From the IMG/VR virus record IMGVR_UViG_2910705042_000001: DNA of 64,000 nucleotides; one strand, written 5' to 3'. Shown here one piece after another: positions 20,700-29,466 of this stretch. The notes under the pieces were generated by a model. That model did not search any database and was not told where the DNA came from. It worked only from the letters and a program-made list of their open reading frames with translations. Within the stretch, counting starts at the first letter, position 1. Each line of letters begins with the position of its first letter. The translations under genes were made by a program, and so were the position numbers. The stretch is from a virus.

Positions 20700-21686
20700 T
20701 TATGACAGGATCGTTTGAGTCATCGCTCCAGATCTACGCATCCCGATTGAGTACTCAGGGTTGGAATCCACGAGGTCCCTAATGGAGTCTCGAAACGAGT
20801 GGTTGCCCTCTATGCCATGGAGGAACGACGCGAGTGTCAGCACTGGCACATACCCTGATTGAGGCCAAGTAGTTCGATTCTTCTCTCGGCGGTAAACGCT
20901 GGGAAACTTCGGCGTGACAGGAGCGGGTCTCGCCCATAAGCGCGAGTGGTGTGCGACGAGGTTTCGAAGGACAGAAACGCTCTCCAACTGTCGAGCAAGT
21001 CCCTCGGCACCGACGTTTAGACGTTCAGCCACCGGACCTATAAGAAGAGTCTGTTGATCGAGGGACGTGCTCCCTGGAACTCTTAATGCGGGGACACAAC
21101 GTGAGAGAGTCCCGAAGGTCCACCAGTCAATCGTGGACCAAATGGGAAGTGTGGATAGTGCCGTCACCTGTTCTTCTGGTGTCCTTGTGTCAAGATCGTC
21201 GTGAGGGATGCCTTGTTCATAACAGGATTCCTGCACCTTTTTCTTTATGTATGGTTCGCTCGCGCGCAGAATCTGCGATCGGATGGATCGAGCAAGAGAG
21301 TGCTCTCCGTCTTTCGTGATTCGATATGACTCGTCTTGCAGATAGTAGGTACACGGGTCCAACCCAGCAGCGCAATATGCTTCGACAAAGCATGATCGGA
21401 TTCCTCGTTCGGCCCGTTGTATCCCAGAGAAGAGCTCAAGCGACACTTTGGCGTCCAACTCGCATATGTCGACAACGGCATCAAGGCCACCACGTCCCCC
21501 GTAGGCGACGTAATTGCGAAGATACCCGAGGAAGAAGTGAAAATTGTTGTGCTCAAGGTAGTCTCTCACTCGCTGACTACACGCACTTTTGGAAGCAAGG
21601 TTCCCTCGGTTGACGAGATAGCTAATCCGTCCATCAATATCGAGATAGGGAGGTGGATTCTGTAGTGAGGACACGCCTATGAGCAT
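20700..21686 (-). CDS. Abi family (Abi_2, AbiD/AbiF-like) HEPN protein
   Basis: PYLDIDGRISYL..RG, LPIW..IDWWTFG.LS, HEPN motif LRNLVAHH. Start taken at ATG 21686 (uncertain). Confidence 0.8.
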   Translation of the reverse strand: MLIGVSSLQNPPPYLDIDGRISYLVNRGNLASKSACSQRVRDYLEHNNFHFFLGYLRNYVAYGGRGGLDAVVDICELDAKVSLELFSGIQRAERGIRSCFVEAYCAAGLDPCTYYLQDESYRITKDGEHSLARSIRSQILRASEPYIKKKVQESCYEQGIPHDDLDTRTPEEQVTALSTLPIWSTIDWWTFGTLSRCVPALRVPGSTSLDQQTLLIGPVAERLNVGAEGLARQLESVSVLRNLVAHHSRLWARPAPVTPKFPSVYRREKNRTTWPQSGYVPVLTLASFLHGIEGNHSFRDSIRDLVDSNPEYSIGMRRSGAMTQTILS

Positions 21687-21705
21687 ACGCCGACACTCAC
21701 CGCAC

Positions 21706-21750
21706 AAAAAAAGGACTCCCCTGTAGCATCGCGATGAGAGGCCGGGGAGT
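21706..21750 (-). ncRNA. Candidate structured leader or RNA antitoxin hairpin upstream of the Abi gene
   Basis: On the coding strand ACTCCCC-N22-GGGGAGT followed by CC and T7; the loop contains the palindrome CATCGCGATG. Confidence 0.45.
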
Positions 21751-22028
21751 ACTGTTGGTATCAACCATAGCGAGTTGTGCGGCCCCACTCAAAGTGAATG
21801 CGGCGTGTCTCACTGTGTGTCAGCGCTCTGTTACCACCCAATCTCGGCCAGCCCGTGTGGGTGCGAAGAAGTAGACATCTCCATGCACGCATGTGCTGGT
21901 GATGAGTCTGCGATTCTCGAGAGCGGTGGCTGTTCGACCATAGCGGCGGTACATGTCTATATAAAGCCCTCCATCCGGGGTAGGTCCGCATATCTCAGTC
22001 AGCAGTTCTGCCTACGGTTTCGTCAGCC

Positions 22029-22193
22029 TCATGGTTTCACTCGTTTTCGTGTTCGAATGGATCCTGCGCGTCCACTCATGGTCACAAGCCACCAGTCTCC
22101 GCGCCGGTCGAGCATCCACGCCATGTCGGGATAGATGCTCGGTCGCGAATAAAAGCCCGGTTGCGTGGGCAGCGTGTAGTCGTTCGGTGCCAT
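22029..22193 (-). CDS. Small phage-like hypothetical protein
   Basis: MAPNDYTLPTQPGFYSRP...; purine-rich RBS. Confidence 0.4.
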   Translation of the reverse strand: MAPNDYTLPTQPGFYSRPSIYPDMAWMLDRRGDWWLVTMSGRAGSIRTRKRVKP

Positions 22194-22209
22194 GGGGTTA
22201 AGCCTTCCT

Positions 22210-22536
22210 TCATGTGTTCCGAGATCGGACATGTGTGTGGACCAACCATTCGTCGGGGGCACGCACATCCAGTCCGAGACGAGTCGCGAGGTCATGTTCG
22301 ATCGTGGCTCCGATGGAGTCTTCCCAACCCGGAAGCATGGCCACGCCGTCGGCATGGGAGAGGTTTCGCAAGGCATAGCGCATGTAGTCGAGCCATGTGG
22401 CATCTTCGGGAAGTCTGACCCTGGCGGGGTTGAGGACGACATATCCGGCCACAGCCAGCTTCTCCTCGAAAGCCATAAATGCCGGTCGATTGAAGTCGGG
22501 AAGATTGCTCATGGGCCCGGCAAGATAGATGTTCAT
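22210..22536 (-). CDS. DUF4406 family (nucleoside 2-deoxyribosyltransferase-like fold)
   Basis: IYLAGPM..LPDFNRPAF...LNPA...W..YM...L..L...D.V.MLPGWE.S.GA..E. Confidence 0.85.
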   Translation of the reverse strand: MNIYLAGPMSNLPDFNRPAFMAFEEKLAVAGYVVLNPARVRLPEDATWLDYMRYALRNLSHADGVAMLPGWEDSIGATIEHDLATRLGLDVRAPDEWLVHTHVRSRNT

Positions 22537-22696
22537 GAGTCCTGCCCTTGGGTTGCTTCATACATCTCGTACCAACATGCGCCGTGATACACGTTGTGGC
22601 CGGCGCAGCTTGCCGTCCACAACAGCTCCAGAGGCTCGTGGCACCACGCGCACCGCGTACACGCCCGCAACTCGAAGCGGGCAGGGATAGCCATTT

Positions 22697-23347
22697 TCAT
22701 GAGGAAAGTCCTGTGAGCCGTTCGACTTCGTCGAGGAGGGCCTTCACGTCCGCGACGCTGTCACAGAGAGTTGAAATGCCTGCCTCAGACCACGCACCCT
22801 TGGAGGGTTTGGCATCAAGCGCTGCTGTATAGCGCTCCCCGATGGCTCCAAGATCCAGTCCATCGTGGATGCGGGGCCTCATGGGCGACGAGACCCCCAA
22901 CGCACGCAACGTTGAACAGGGGACCGACTCTCCACACGCCGCGCATGTGGTGATGGTTCGTCCTGTCCGGCGAGAGGTGTATGTGTGGACGTGGGTGTGG
23001 AGTCTTCTGGCTGCCCCGACATATCCCCGGAGGATAGAGGACTCGCCGACCTGTGGGCCACCTTCGGGCCGAGCATCCACGCACCCGTCGTAGGTGATGC
23101 TGATCGGAATACGCGCGAGAGGCTCCTCCATACGCGGCAGACGTAGGGCGTCTTCGATACCGATGTCGTTGACCCACTCTTCGGCCCAACAAGGGTGCCC
23201 GCCACCATCCATGGGTTCGCTCTCGTCCCATTCGTCGAGGTGACCGCTGAGTGGGCGTGTGCGACATGGCGCGTCAGTGGGTTCGTCGCATATGAAAGCC
23301 ACGCACGGGTATCCAAGAGAAGAAAAGACATCAAGAAAATGGCTCAT
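22697..23347 (-). CDS. Phage-like hypothetical protein
   Basis: 216 aa, Cys/His clusters, coupled to the upstream ORF. Confidence 0.55.
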   Translation of the reverse strand: MSHFLDVFSSLGYPCVAFICDEPTDAPCRTRPLSGHLDEWDESEPMDGGGHPCWAEEWVNDIGIEDALRLPRMEEPLARIPISITYDGCVDARPEGGPQVGESSILRGYVGAARRLHTHVHTYTSRRTGRTITTCAACGESVPCSTLRALGVSSPMRPRIHDGLDLGAIGERYTAALDAKPSKGAWSEAGISTLCDSVADVKALLDEVERLTGLSS

Positions 23348-23649
23348 ACCAGGTCACCTGCTTCCACGACGTCGTTGGGGGAGACGTTGCCGCACGCGTA
23401 TGCGAGGTCGGACTCGGATATGGAGGAGATTCCGCGCAGCCTGTTCGCTTCGTGGGAGGCCTGTAACGCATAGACGCGGGCGAGTTCACTGTGGAGTGCC
23501 GTCCGGGCAAGGAGCGCCAACTCTTCATGGGAGTAGCTGGCATCTCGGGGTACGCGATGAATGAGAACGTCGCTCATGAAGGCGAGACTCATACCCTCAT
23601 GTTCAGCGACGACAAGAGCAAGGTCTTGGGGTGTCCACGGTTGGTTCAT
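23344..23649 (-). CDS. Hypothetical protein
   Basis: CCGCACAC exactly 9 nt before the ATG. Confidence 0.6.
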   Translation of the reverse strand: MNQPWTPQDLALVVAEHEGMSLAFMSDVLIHRVPRDASYSHEELALLARTALHSELARVYALQASHEANRLRGISSISESDLAYACGNVSPNDVVEAGDLV

Positions 23650-23768
23650 GCCATTTCAGTGTGCGGGATCGACTGAGGGACTCACGACATACTCAACGAA
23701 CGAGTGATGCTGCGTGCCTGACGCGGGCGTCCCCACTTCTGGAATCCCCGAACATGTCGCAGACGACC

Positions 23769-23996
23769 TCAATCCCTATCGTGGGTTGCCTTCTTTGTCT
23801 CTTGCGTCGTGATTTCTCGCTCGCAGGCCTCGCGCAGGAGCTGTTCGACTGCTGTGATGGCGGCTTCAGCGTCGCGCGTGGCTAGTAACCAGATCGGCAG
23901 GGTGTGGAGTCCGGACGCAGCGAGGAATCGTTTGTGCCCTCTGGCGATCATGATCTGTTTCGCTGCCGCTTCGATGGCAACCTTTCGGTCTAACAT
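23769..23996 (-). CDS. Hypothetical protein
   Basis: RBS GGAGG; CCGCACAC upstream. Confidence 0.5.
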   Translation of the reverse strand: MLDRKVAIEAAAKQIMIARGHKRFLAASGLHTLPIWLLATRDAEAAITAVEQLLREACEREITTQETKKATHDRD

Positions 23997-24422
23997 GTGA
24001 TGCCTCCACTCGTCCTTGTTTCCGCCACAGTGTGCGGGTGGACCAGATATGAAGTCATGTGCTTCTTGTGCTCGCAATCTCGCTGACATGGCGTGTGAGT
24101 ATTTTGTACGTGCCCCGCGCGTTCGCGAGATTGTGTGTGCGGTGTTTTGCTAATACGTGTGACGGAGAAATACCGGGGGAGCCTCTTTGCGACGTCGCGT
24201 GTTTCCCGAGCAAGTGGGATGACATTCGTGTGATTGCGTGCAACCACGATATGTCCGCTGCGGTGATAGGTGTCTTGTGCATCATTGTCGGATTCATTGA
24301 TGTGATATCTGTGGAAAGGAACAGGATCAAACAGTATTTCCCACCATGGGAGAGAATCTTTTCGACGATCTAAATAACAAAGAAAAACCCGTCATCATCC
24401 TCCATCCGCACACCAAGTAGGT

Positions 24423-24926
24423 ATGACGAACAGCTGGCTGGCGGGGGAGAATCCGCAGGACGGGTCACGGCATCGCAAGGACAGGTGGCTGACACCTTCT
24501 TCCCTGACCGACCCGCTCGGACACTTTGACTTGGACCCCGCAGGAGCACCCGGACACACGATCGCCGACCGAACCTATCTCATTGACCAAGGAGAGGATG
24601 GACTCGTGCTGCCGTGGAACAACCGAGTGTGGCTTAACCCTCCCTATGGCAAGCTTCTCAGCCCGTTCATGGCGCGGATGGCAGAACACAACCACGGCAC
24701 GGCGCTCATCTTTGCCCGGACGGAGACAGCGATGTTTCATGCCTACGTCTGGCCATTGGCCAGTGCAGCGCTCTTCCTACGGGGGAGAGTGACGTTCTTG
24801 GATGCGGAAGGCAAGCGAGCCTCGGCGAACGCGGGAGCACCTTCCGTCCTCCTTGCCTACGGGGACGAGGACGCCCACATCCTCAGTGCGAGTGGTATCG
24901 ACGGAGCCTTCCTTCGACTCCACTGA
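24423..24926 (+). CDS. Phage-type DNA N6-adenine methyltransferase (Dam_phage-like)
   Basis: W.TP...FDLDP...DGL..PW..RVWLNPPYG...ARTET...RGRV.F. Confidence 0.85.
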   Translation: MTNSWLAGENPQDGSRHRKDRWLTPSSLTDPLGHFDLDPAGAPGHTIADRTYLIDQGEDGLVLPWNNRVWLNPPYGKLLSPFMARMAEHNHGTALIFARTETAMFHAYVWPLASAALFLRGRVTFLDAEGKRASANAGAPSVLLAYGDEDAHILSASGIDGAFLRLH

Positions 24927-25244
24927 GGACTTCTTCGGGTCGGTTGGTGTACCCAAAATGGTCATTGTATCAACTGGGGTGTGTTTGTAGGGGTGGGGTG
25001 TGGCCCATGTGTGGTGGGTCGGGTGGGCTGGTTCGGGGGACCCATGAGGGACCTGTGGGAGGGGTGTGGGTCGTGTTTGTGACTCTCGTGGACATCCATT
25101 CACACGATCCAACACTGCCAAAGCATCCTCGCGCGGAGGTGGTCTGGAGGTGATCAACCACGTCTAAACGTGCCACCAGCATCTCCAACACCCGGGAAAA
25201 GCGAGTTTCGGACCACACAACGCCGTTTTTGGGCGTTCTGGGTT

Positions 25245-25876
25245 TTTGTAAGCTCCGTGATTACGGAGCTTACAAACAGTGTGCGAGCCTGTCAAATCGA
25301 CGCTCCGAGGCCACAAAATCGCGTAAGAAAATGGCGGAATATCAACGAAAAGTCGTGTCCCCAAAGACTTTTCGTTGCAATACCGCCATTTCGGGGAAAC
25401 CGTGGGGACACCTGGGGACACTTGTGGGGACAGTAGTTTTGTTGGTATTACAAGGAAAACTCTATATATATCTAGTGTCCCCAGTGTCCCCACAAAAAAA
25501 CACATATCGTGTGCGACCCATACGCACTCTCTCTTTACCTGTCCCACCTCACTACGTGACGCGAACATCCCCCTCCCCTCATAGAGAGAGCAAACATCCT
25601 CTCTCTATATGTGTGGTGTTTTTCTGGGGACACTGGGGACAGGCCCTCAAAACACCGACTTTTCGTTGCTATCTCGCGGAAACACCTGTCCCCACCAGTG
25701 TCCCCAGTGTCCCCACGCAAACACGAAAACGGCGTCATACCAACGAAAAGTCGTGGGGACACCCCTTTTTCGGCGTTATTCCGCCACTTTCACCCCCGAC
25801 ACGCCGACATTTCTCACCTGTTCACTGGGGTTGCTACACTGCCAGAGCAGCTGGCATGTGTAGCAACCCCAGTGAA
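25245..25876. repeat. Iteron- and hairpin-rich region, candidate replication origin or partition site
   Basis: 12 copies of TGGGGACA/TGTCCCCA in inverted clusters (25356-25761); 4 copies of AACGAAAAGTC; perfect IRs at 25245-25276 (14 bp) and 25821-25876 (18 bp); AT-rich spacer; located at the gene-strand switch. Confidence 0.75.
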
Positions 25877-25988
25877 AACCCACCACACCCACCACCACGG
25901 CCCCACACCCACCTCACCGCACCACCCCACCATCCCAAAAAGATACGATGACGCACCACGTGGGGTGAGTTCCGCACACTGAGAGTGC

Positions 25989-27707
25989 ATGACTGAGATT
26001 TCCCTTGGTGTCGTGGGTTCACGAGACATCGCGCATGAGCTCACTCAGGTCGGCTTTTCCGTCGTCTCGAGTGAAGACCCGATTGCGAGTGCCGCGCTGT
26101 CGTCATCGACTTTCCTCACGATCGTGATTGACTCACCGAGTCATCCGCCGCTTCTGAGTGCGATGGTGGACAACCTTGTCGCCCAAGGGGTGCGTGTCGC
26201 CGTTCTGGATTGTCCGGGAGGTGTGCTGGCCTCTTCCAACGCAGATGCGGCCCACATTTCGCGGTCTGAGCCTGTGAATCTCGCGGTGTTGCTCTCTCAA
26301 TGTGGTGTGGAGCCTGCCCGTGCCATCGCTGCCGCGACCGTGACAATCCCCAGAATTGATTCTGAGCCACCTACGGCCCCCGTACGTGGAGATGCCCCAC
26401 CGAGCACCCAAACGGCTGTGAGAGCCGATCCTGTGCGTCCTGAGCCATATGTCGCACCCGAACGCACTTCAGCGTTTGCACAGCCCCCGAAGGAGCCGTT
26501 CGAGCCGGTTTCGGTCACACCGGCATCTGTCGACGATTTTGAGCCAGTGCCGGTGGCTGACGAACCACCACCAGCGACGTACAAGCCGACCCCATCATTT
26601 GAGCCACCACCAGCGGCATTTGAACCCGCCCCAGCGGCATTTGAACCCGCCCCAGCGGCATTTGAACCCGCCCCAGCAGCGGACCATCCGTTTGAGCCGC
26701 CAGTTGGTGTCTACACCCCATCAGCGGGGTTTGAGTCGGTGCGCACGCCGATTGACCAGGTCTCCAGAGGCGCGTTCGAGTCACTCGGGCCGGTTCATGC
26801 CAGCCATAGGGCTCGAGCGTTCGCTTTTGACGACGACCTTCGCCGGGAGCAGCCCAACCAGGGCATCCTCATCCTCGTCATGAGTGGCAAGGGCGGAGCG
26901 TTGAAGACGACCCTGTCGATGTGTCTGGCACAGGCTGTTGGTCGCCACGGACTCAAGGCAACACTCATCGACGCGAACCGTGGACAGGCCGATGTGTCAA
27001 CCATGCTTCGTCTTCGTCCGGGTTTTCCCACGATCTGGAATTATGCGATGGGAAGCGCGTATTCCGAAATTGCCATGACGCCAGCAATGGTGAGTGACTA
27101 TCGTCCTTCCATCCTTGATGACGTTCTCTTCAAGTTTGTTGCCGGTCCAAACGCGGGCACATCTGACGCAAAAACGGTCACTCACCGTGTCTACCAAGAC
27201 GTCATAAACAATGCTCTCAATGACTCCGATGTGGTGATTGTAGATACTCAGATCATGGAGGACTCCGACCAGTCTGGTTTATTCACAAATGTGTTCCTTC
27301 CAGCGTTGAGAAATCAACGCAACCCGACATGGTCCGTCTTCTTGACCGAGACGAGTAGACAGTCCCGCGACAACATGGTGAACCGAGTCACCTCCATGGT
27401 CAAAGAGGAAGCAGTTGACGCCAGTCACATCCTTCTCTGTCTGACACAGAAGGGCGAAAGTGACGACAAGGTCGAGCAGCAACTCATCGAAGCGGTCAGT
27501 AACGGACGTCTTCCCGGAACATGGGTGGGGAGCGTCCCTTTCGACGAGGCTGCCCGCAGTTCACAGGCCCTTGGACATCTCATCGACGGAAACGCCACAT
27601 TCGTTCCAGTCGTGACGACAGTGTTGAGTTCGGTAACCGGAGATCCTCGTTTCGACACTGAGAAGACATCAGGGAAGAAGAAGAGGTTCTCGTGGCGTCG
27701 CCGGTGA
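25989..27707 (+). CDS. ParA/MinD (CpaE-like) ATPase with N-terminal receiver-like domain and Pro-rich linker
   Basis: Deviant Walker A SGKGGALKTT, LIDAN, VIVDT. Confidence 0.75.
   Translation: MTEISLGVVGSRDIAHELTQVGFSVVSSEDPIASAALSSSTFLTIVIDSPSHPPLLSAMVDNLVAQGVRVAVLDCPGGVLASSNADAAHISRSEPVNLAVLLSQCGVEPARAIAAATVTIPRIDSEPPTAPVRGDAPPSTQTAVRADPVRPEPYVAPERTSAFAQPPKEPFEPVSVTPASVDDFEPVPVADEPPPATYKPTPSFEPPPAAFEPAPAAFEPAPAAFEPAPAADHPFEPPVGVYTPSAGFESVRTPIDQVSRGAFESLGPVHASHRARAFAFDDDLRREQPNQGILILVMSGKGGALKTTLSMCLAQAVGRHGLKATLIDANRGQADVSTMLRLRPGFPTIWNYAMGSAYSEIAMTPAMVSDYRPSILDDVLFKFVAGPNAGTSDAKTVTHRVYQDVINNALNDSDVVIVDTQIMEDSDQSGLFTNVFLPALRNQRNPTWSVFLTETSRQSRDNMVNRVTSMVKEEAVDASHILLCLTQKGESDDKVEQQLIEAVSNGRLPGTWVGSVPFDEAARSSQALGHLIDGNATFVPVVTTVLSSVTGDPRFDTEKTSGKKKRFSWRRR
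26610..26672 (+). repeat. 21-bp tandem repeat x3 (PAAFEPA) inside the ParA-like linker
   Basis: CCAGCGGCATTTGAACCCGCC, three perfect copies. Confidence 0.9.
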
Positions 27708-28177
27708 AACAGCCCTCGTGGTTCACCGGACCATCCGTCCCCACGCCGACATCACGGTCGTCTGCCATCACATCGGCCGAGGGGCACGCGGCCCGCAGAG
27801 CAGCAGACCGTGAACGTGGGGTGTTCTTGACACATGTTCACCAGTCCAAGATGAGCGTGTGGCAGGCATTAGGTGAGGCTGACCGTCGCGGGGGCGCCTT
27901 GTCCAAAGTTCCATTGACCCGCATTCTCATAGAGACGGGGGAGTCTCGTACGCGTGCCGTGTGGATTCCCAAGCGTGTCGTCGAACTGACGGGGGAAGCC
28001 AAGAAGACCCGAGGTCCGGTCAATGTCTCATGGATGTGCGACAAGAAAGCCGGCGGGAATCGGTTGCTGTGCTTGGCCGAAGTGTTGTCTGAACGCGGGG
28101 ATGTGCCGTGGCCAGGATTCCCGTTCGTCGTGCCACCTTTCGATGTAGACGAGGTGGCCTCGGCATGGACAGCATGA
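27692..28177 (+). CDS. Hypothetical protein
   Basis: Overlaps both neighbours in an operon arrangement. Confidence 0.6.
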   Translation: MASPVKQPSWFTGPSVPTPTSRSSAITSAEGHAARRAADRERGVFLTHVHQSKMSVWQALGEADRRGGALSKVPLTRILIETGESRTRAVWIPKRVVELTGEAKKTRGPVNVSWMCDKKAGGNRLLCLAEVLSERGDVPWPGFPFVVPPFDVDEVASAWTA

Positions 28178-29466
28178 AAGAAAAGGTCGCTCACGCACTC
28201 CAAGATGAGGCGGACGTGGTGAGTCTTGCCGCCGAACTGGTGGAGGTGTTCAAGGGGTCCGGGCAACGCCGGGTCAGGTCTCGGGTGCATGGCTTGAGCG
28301 CGGATGAAGCTGTCTCTTTGCTCAACGAAGCCTTCGTATGGTTCTTGCATCGAGCCCGCACCGATAGGACATATCTGGACGGAATCAGTGACGTCATGTC
28401 AGTTCTCGTCATCCGCGCCCAGCAAGAAGGGTGGAGGTATGTTCATGAGCGTTCCAGCATCGTCTCAGGAACATCGGGGCAATTGTGGCGGCAACGCGAA
28501 ATCATCAAGACGAGGACAGCGCTACTGGAACGGGGTGCGCCGTTCACCCGCGATGATCTGATCGAACAGACGAATGCGCGTCTGGCAACCCAACGAAAAG
28601 ACTTCGCCCGACAAGGGATGCGGGTCTCGCCCGTGGACGTGGCAATGCTCTACGGAGTGCGCGAACTCGACAGTGAGCGTGCCAGCAATGTCGATGAACT
28701 CAGCGTGGCTGAAATCGTTCACGACACAGGTGGGCAAGGGATCTTCGGCGAGTTCATGAGCTGGTATGTCCAAGCGTGCATGGATGTGGGGATCAAACCT
28801 TCCCCCGAAGACCGCAAGGTGTGGGCGGCAGCCCATTCACTCTCACCCGCCCAGTGTTCCGAAATGGCACGTCTGGCCGACCAAAAACTCGAACGTTACG
28901 CCGGACAAGGGATGGGCCGAGGACTATTCATCGCCGTGGAAGGGGTGCGCGGGGCAGGCTTGACCACTCAGGTGCGTCAGATTCACAAGCTTGTCCATTC
29001 GTGGAGGCGTGAATGTGTGGTGGTGCGTCTACGCTCCCCACGTGCCCGAATCTCCACACCATCATCCCGCGTCCTGTCATGGGCACTGTCTGTCGCTGAG
29101 GTCTCCGAGGTTGTCCGGGACGGACTGGATAATGGGGCCGTCGTCATCGCGGATCGGTTCACCGCGAGTGTGGAGGCGTTCGGGGAATCTGAAGGCTTTG
29201 ATCTTGACGATGTTCGTTCCATCTCCCGCTTTGCGGGCACCAACCTTGTCCCGGATGCGACGATTCTTCTTGACGCGCCCGACGTACCCGGAGAACAGGA
29301 TACTGATGGATGGGCCAGAGGGACCTACAGGTTTCTCAGCGAAGATCCGACATGGTTTTGTGTGGATGCCAGTCGCCCCGTCCCCGAGGTGACTCGAGAG
29401 GTGGAAGCGATCGTTGCCCGGGTGTGTGGCAGAGACATGAGCATCCCGCACACTACACGTGCATGA
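28174..29466 (+). CDS. Fusion: putative sigma70 region 2/3-like N-domain plus degenerate thymidylate-kinase-like C-domain
   Basis: The C-domain has the TMK pattern FIAVEG.RGAGLTTQ...VIADRF..S...PDATILLDAP, with the P-loop Lys replaced by Leu. The N-domain ELVEVFKG..RRVRSR....ADEAVSLLNEAFVW...IRAQQEGWRYVHE resembles sigma region 2 by eye only. Confidence 0.55.
   Translation: MKEKVAHALQDEADVVSLAAELVEVFKGSGQRRVRSRVHGLSADEAVSLLNEAFVWFLHRARTDRTYLDGISDVMSVLVIRAQQEGWRYVHERSSIVSGTSGQLWRQREIIKTRTALLERGAPFTRDDLIEQTNARLATQRKDFARQGMRVSPVDVAMLYGVRELDSERASNVDELSVAEIVHDTGGQGIFGEFMSWYVQACMDVGIKPSPEDRKVWAAAHSLSPAQCSEMARLADQKLERYAGQGMGRGLFIAVEGVRGAGLTTQVRQIHKLVHSWRRECVVVRLRSPRARISTPSSRVLSWALSVAEVSEVVRDGLDNGAVVIADRFTASVEAFGESEGFDLDDVRSISRFAGTNLVPDATILLDAPDVPGEQDTDGWARGTYRFLSEDPTWFCVDASRPVPEVTREVEAIVARVCGRDMSIPHTTRA

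Noticed and set aside
25340-25770. Possible CRISPR array
   Set aside because: The repeats are 8-12 bp, occur in both orientations and are irregularly spaced; there is no repeat-spacer periodicity and no cas genes.
28900-29466. Functional thymidylate kinase (tmk)
   Set aside because: The P-loop Lys is replaced (GAGLTT) and the domain is fused to an unrelated N-domain, so no symbol was assigned.
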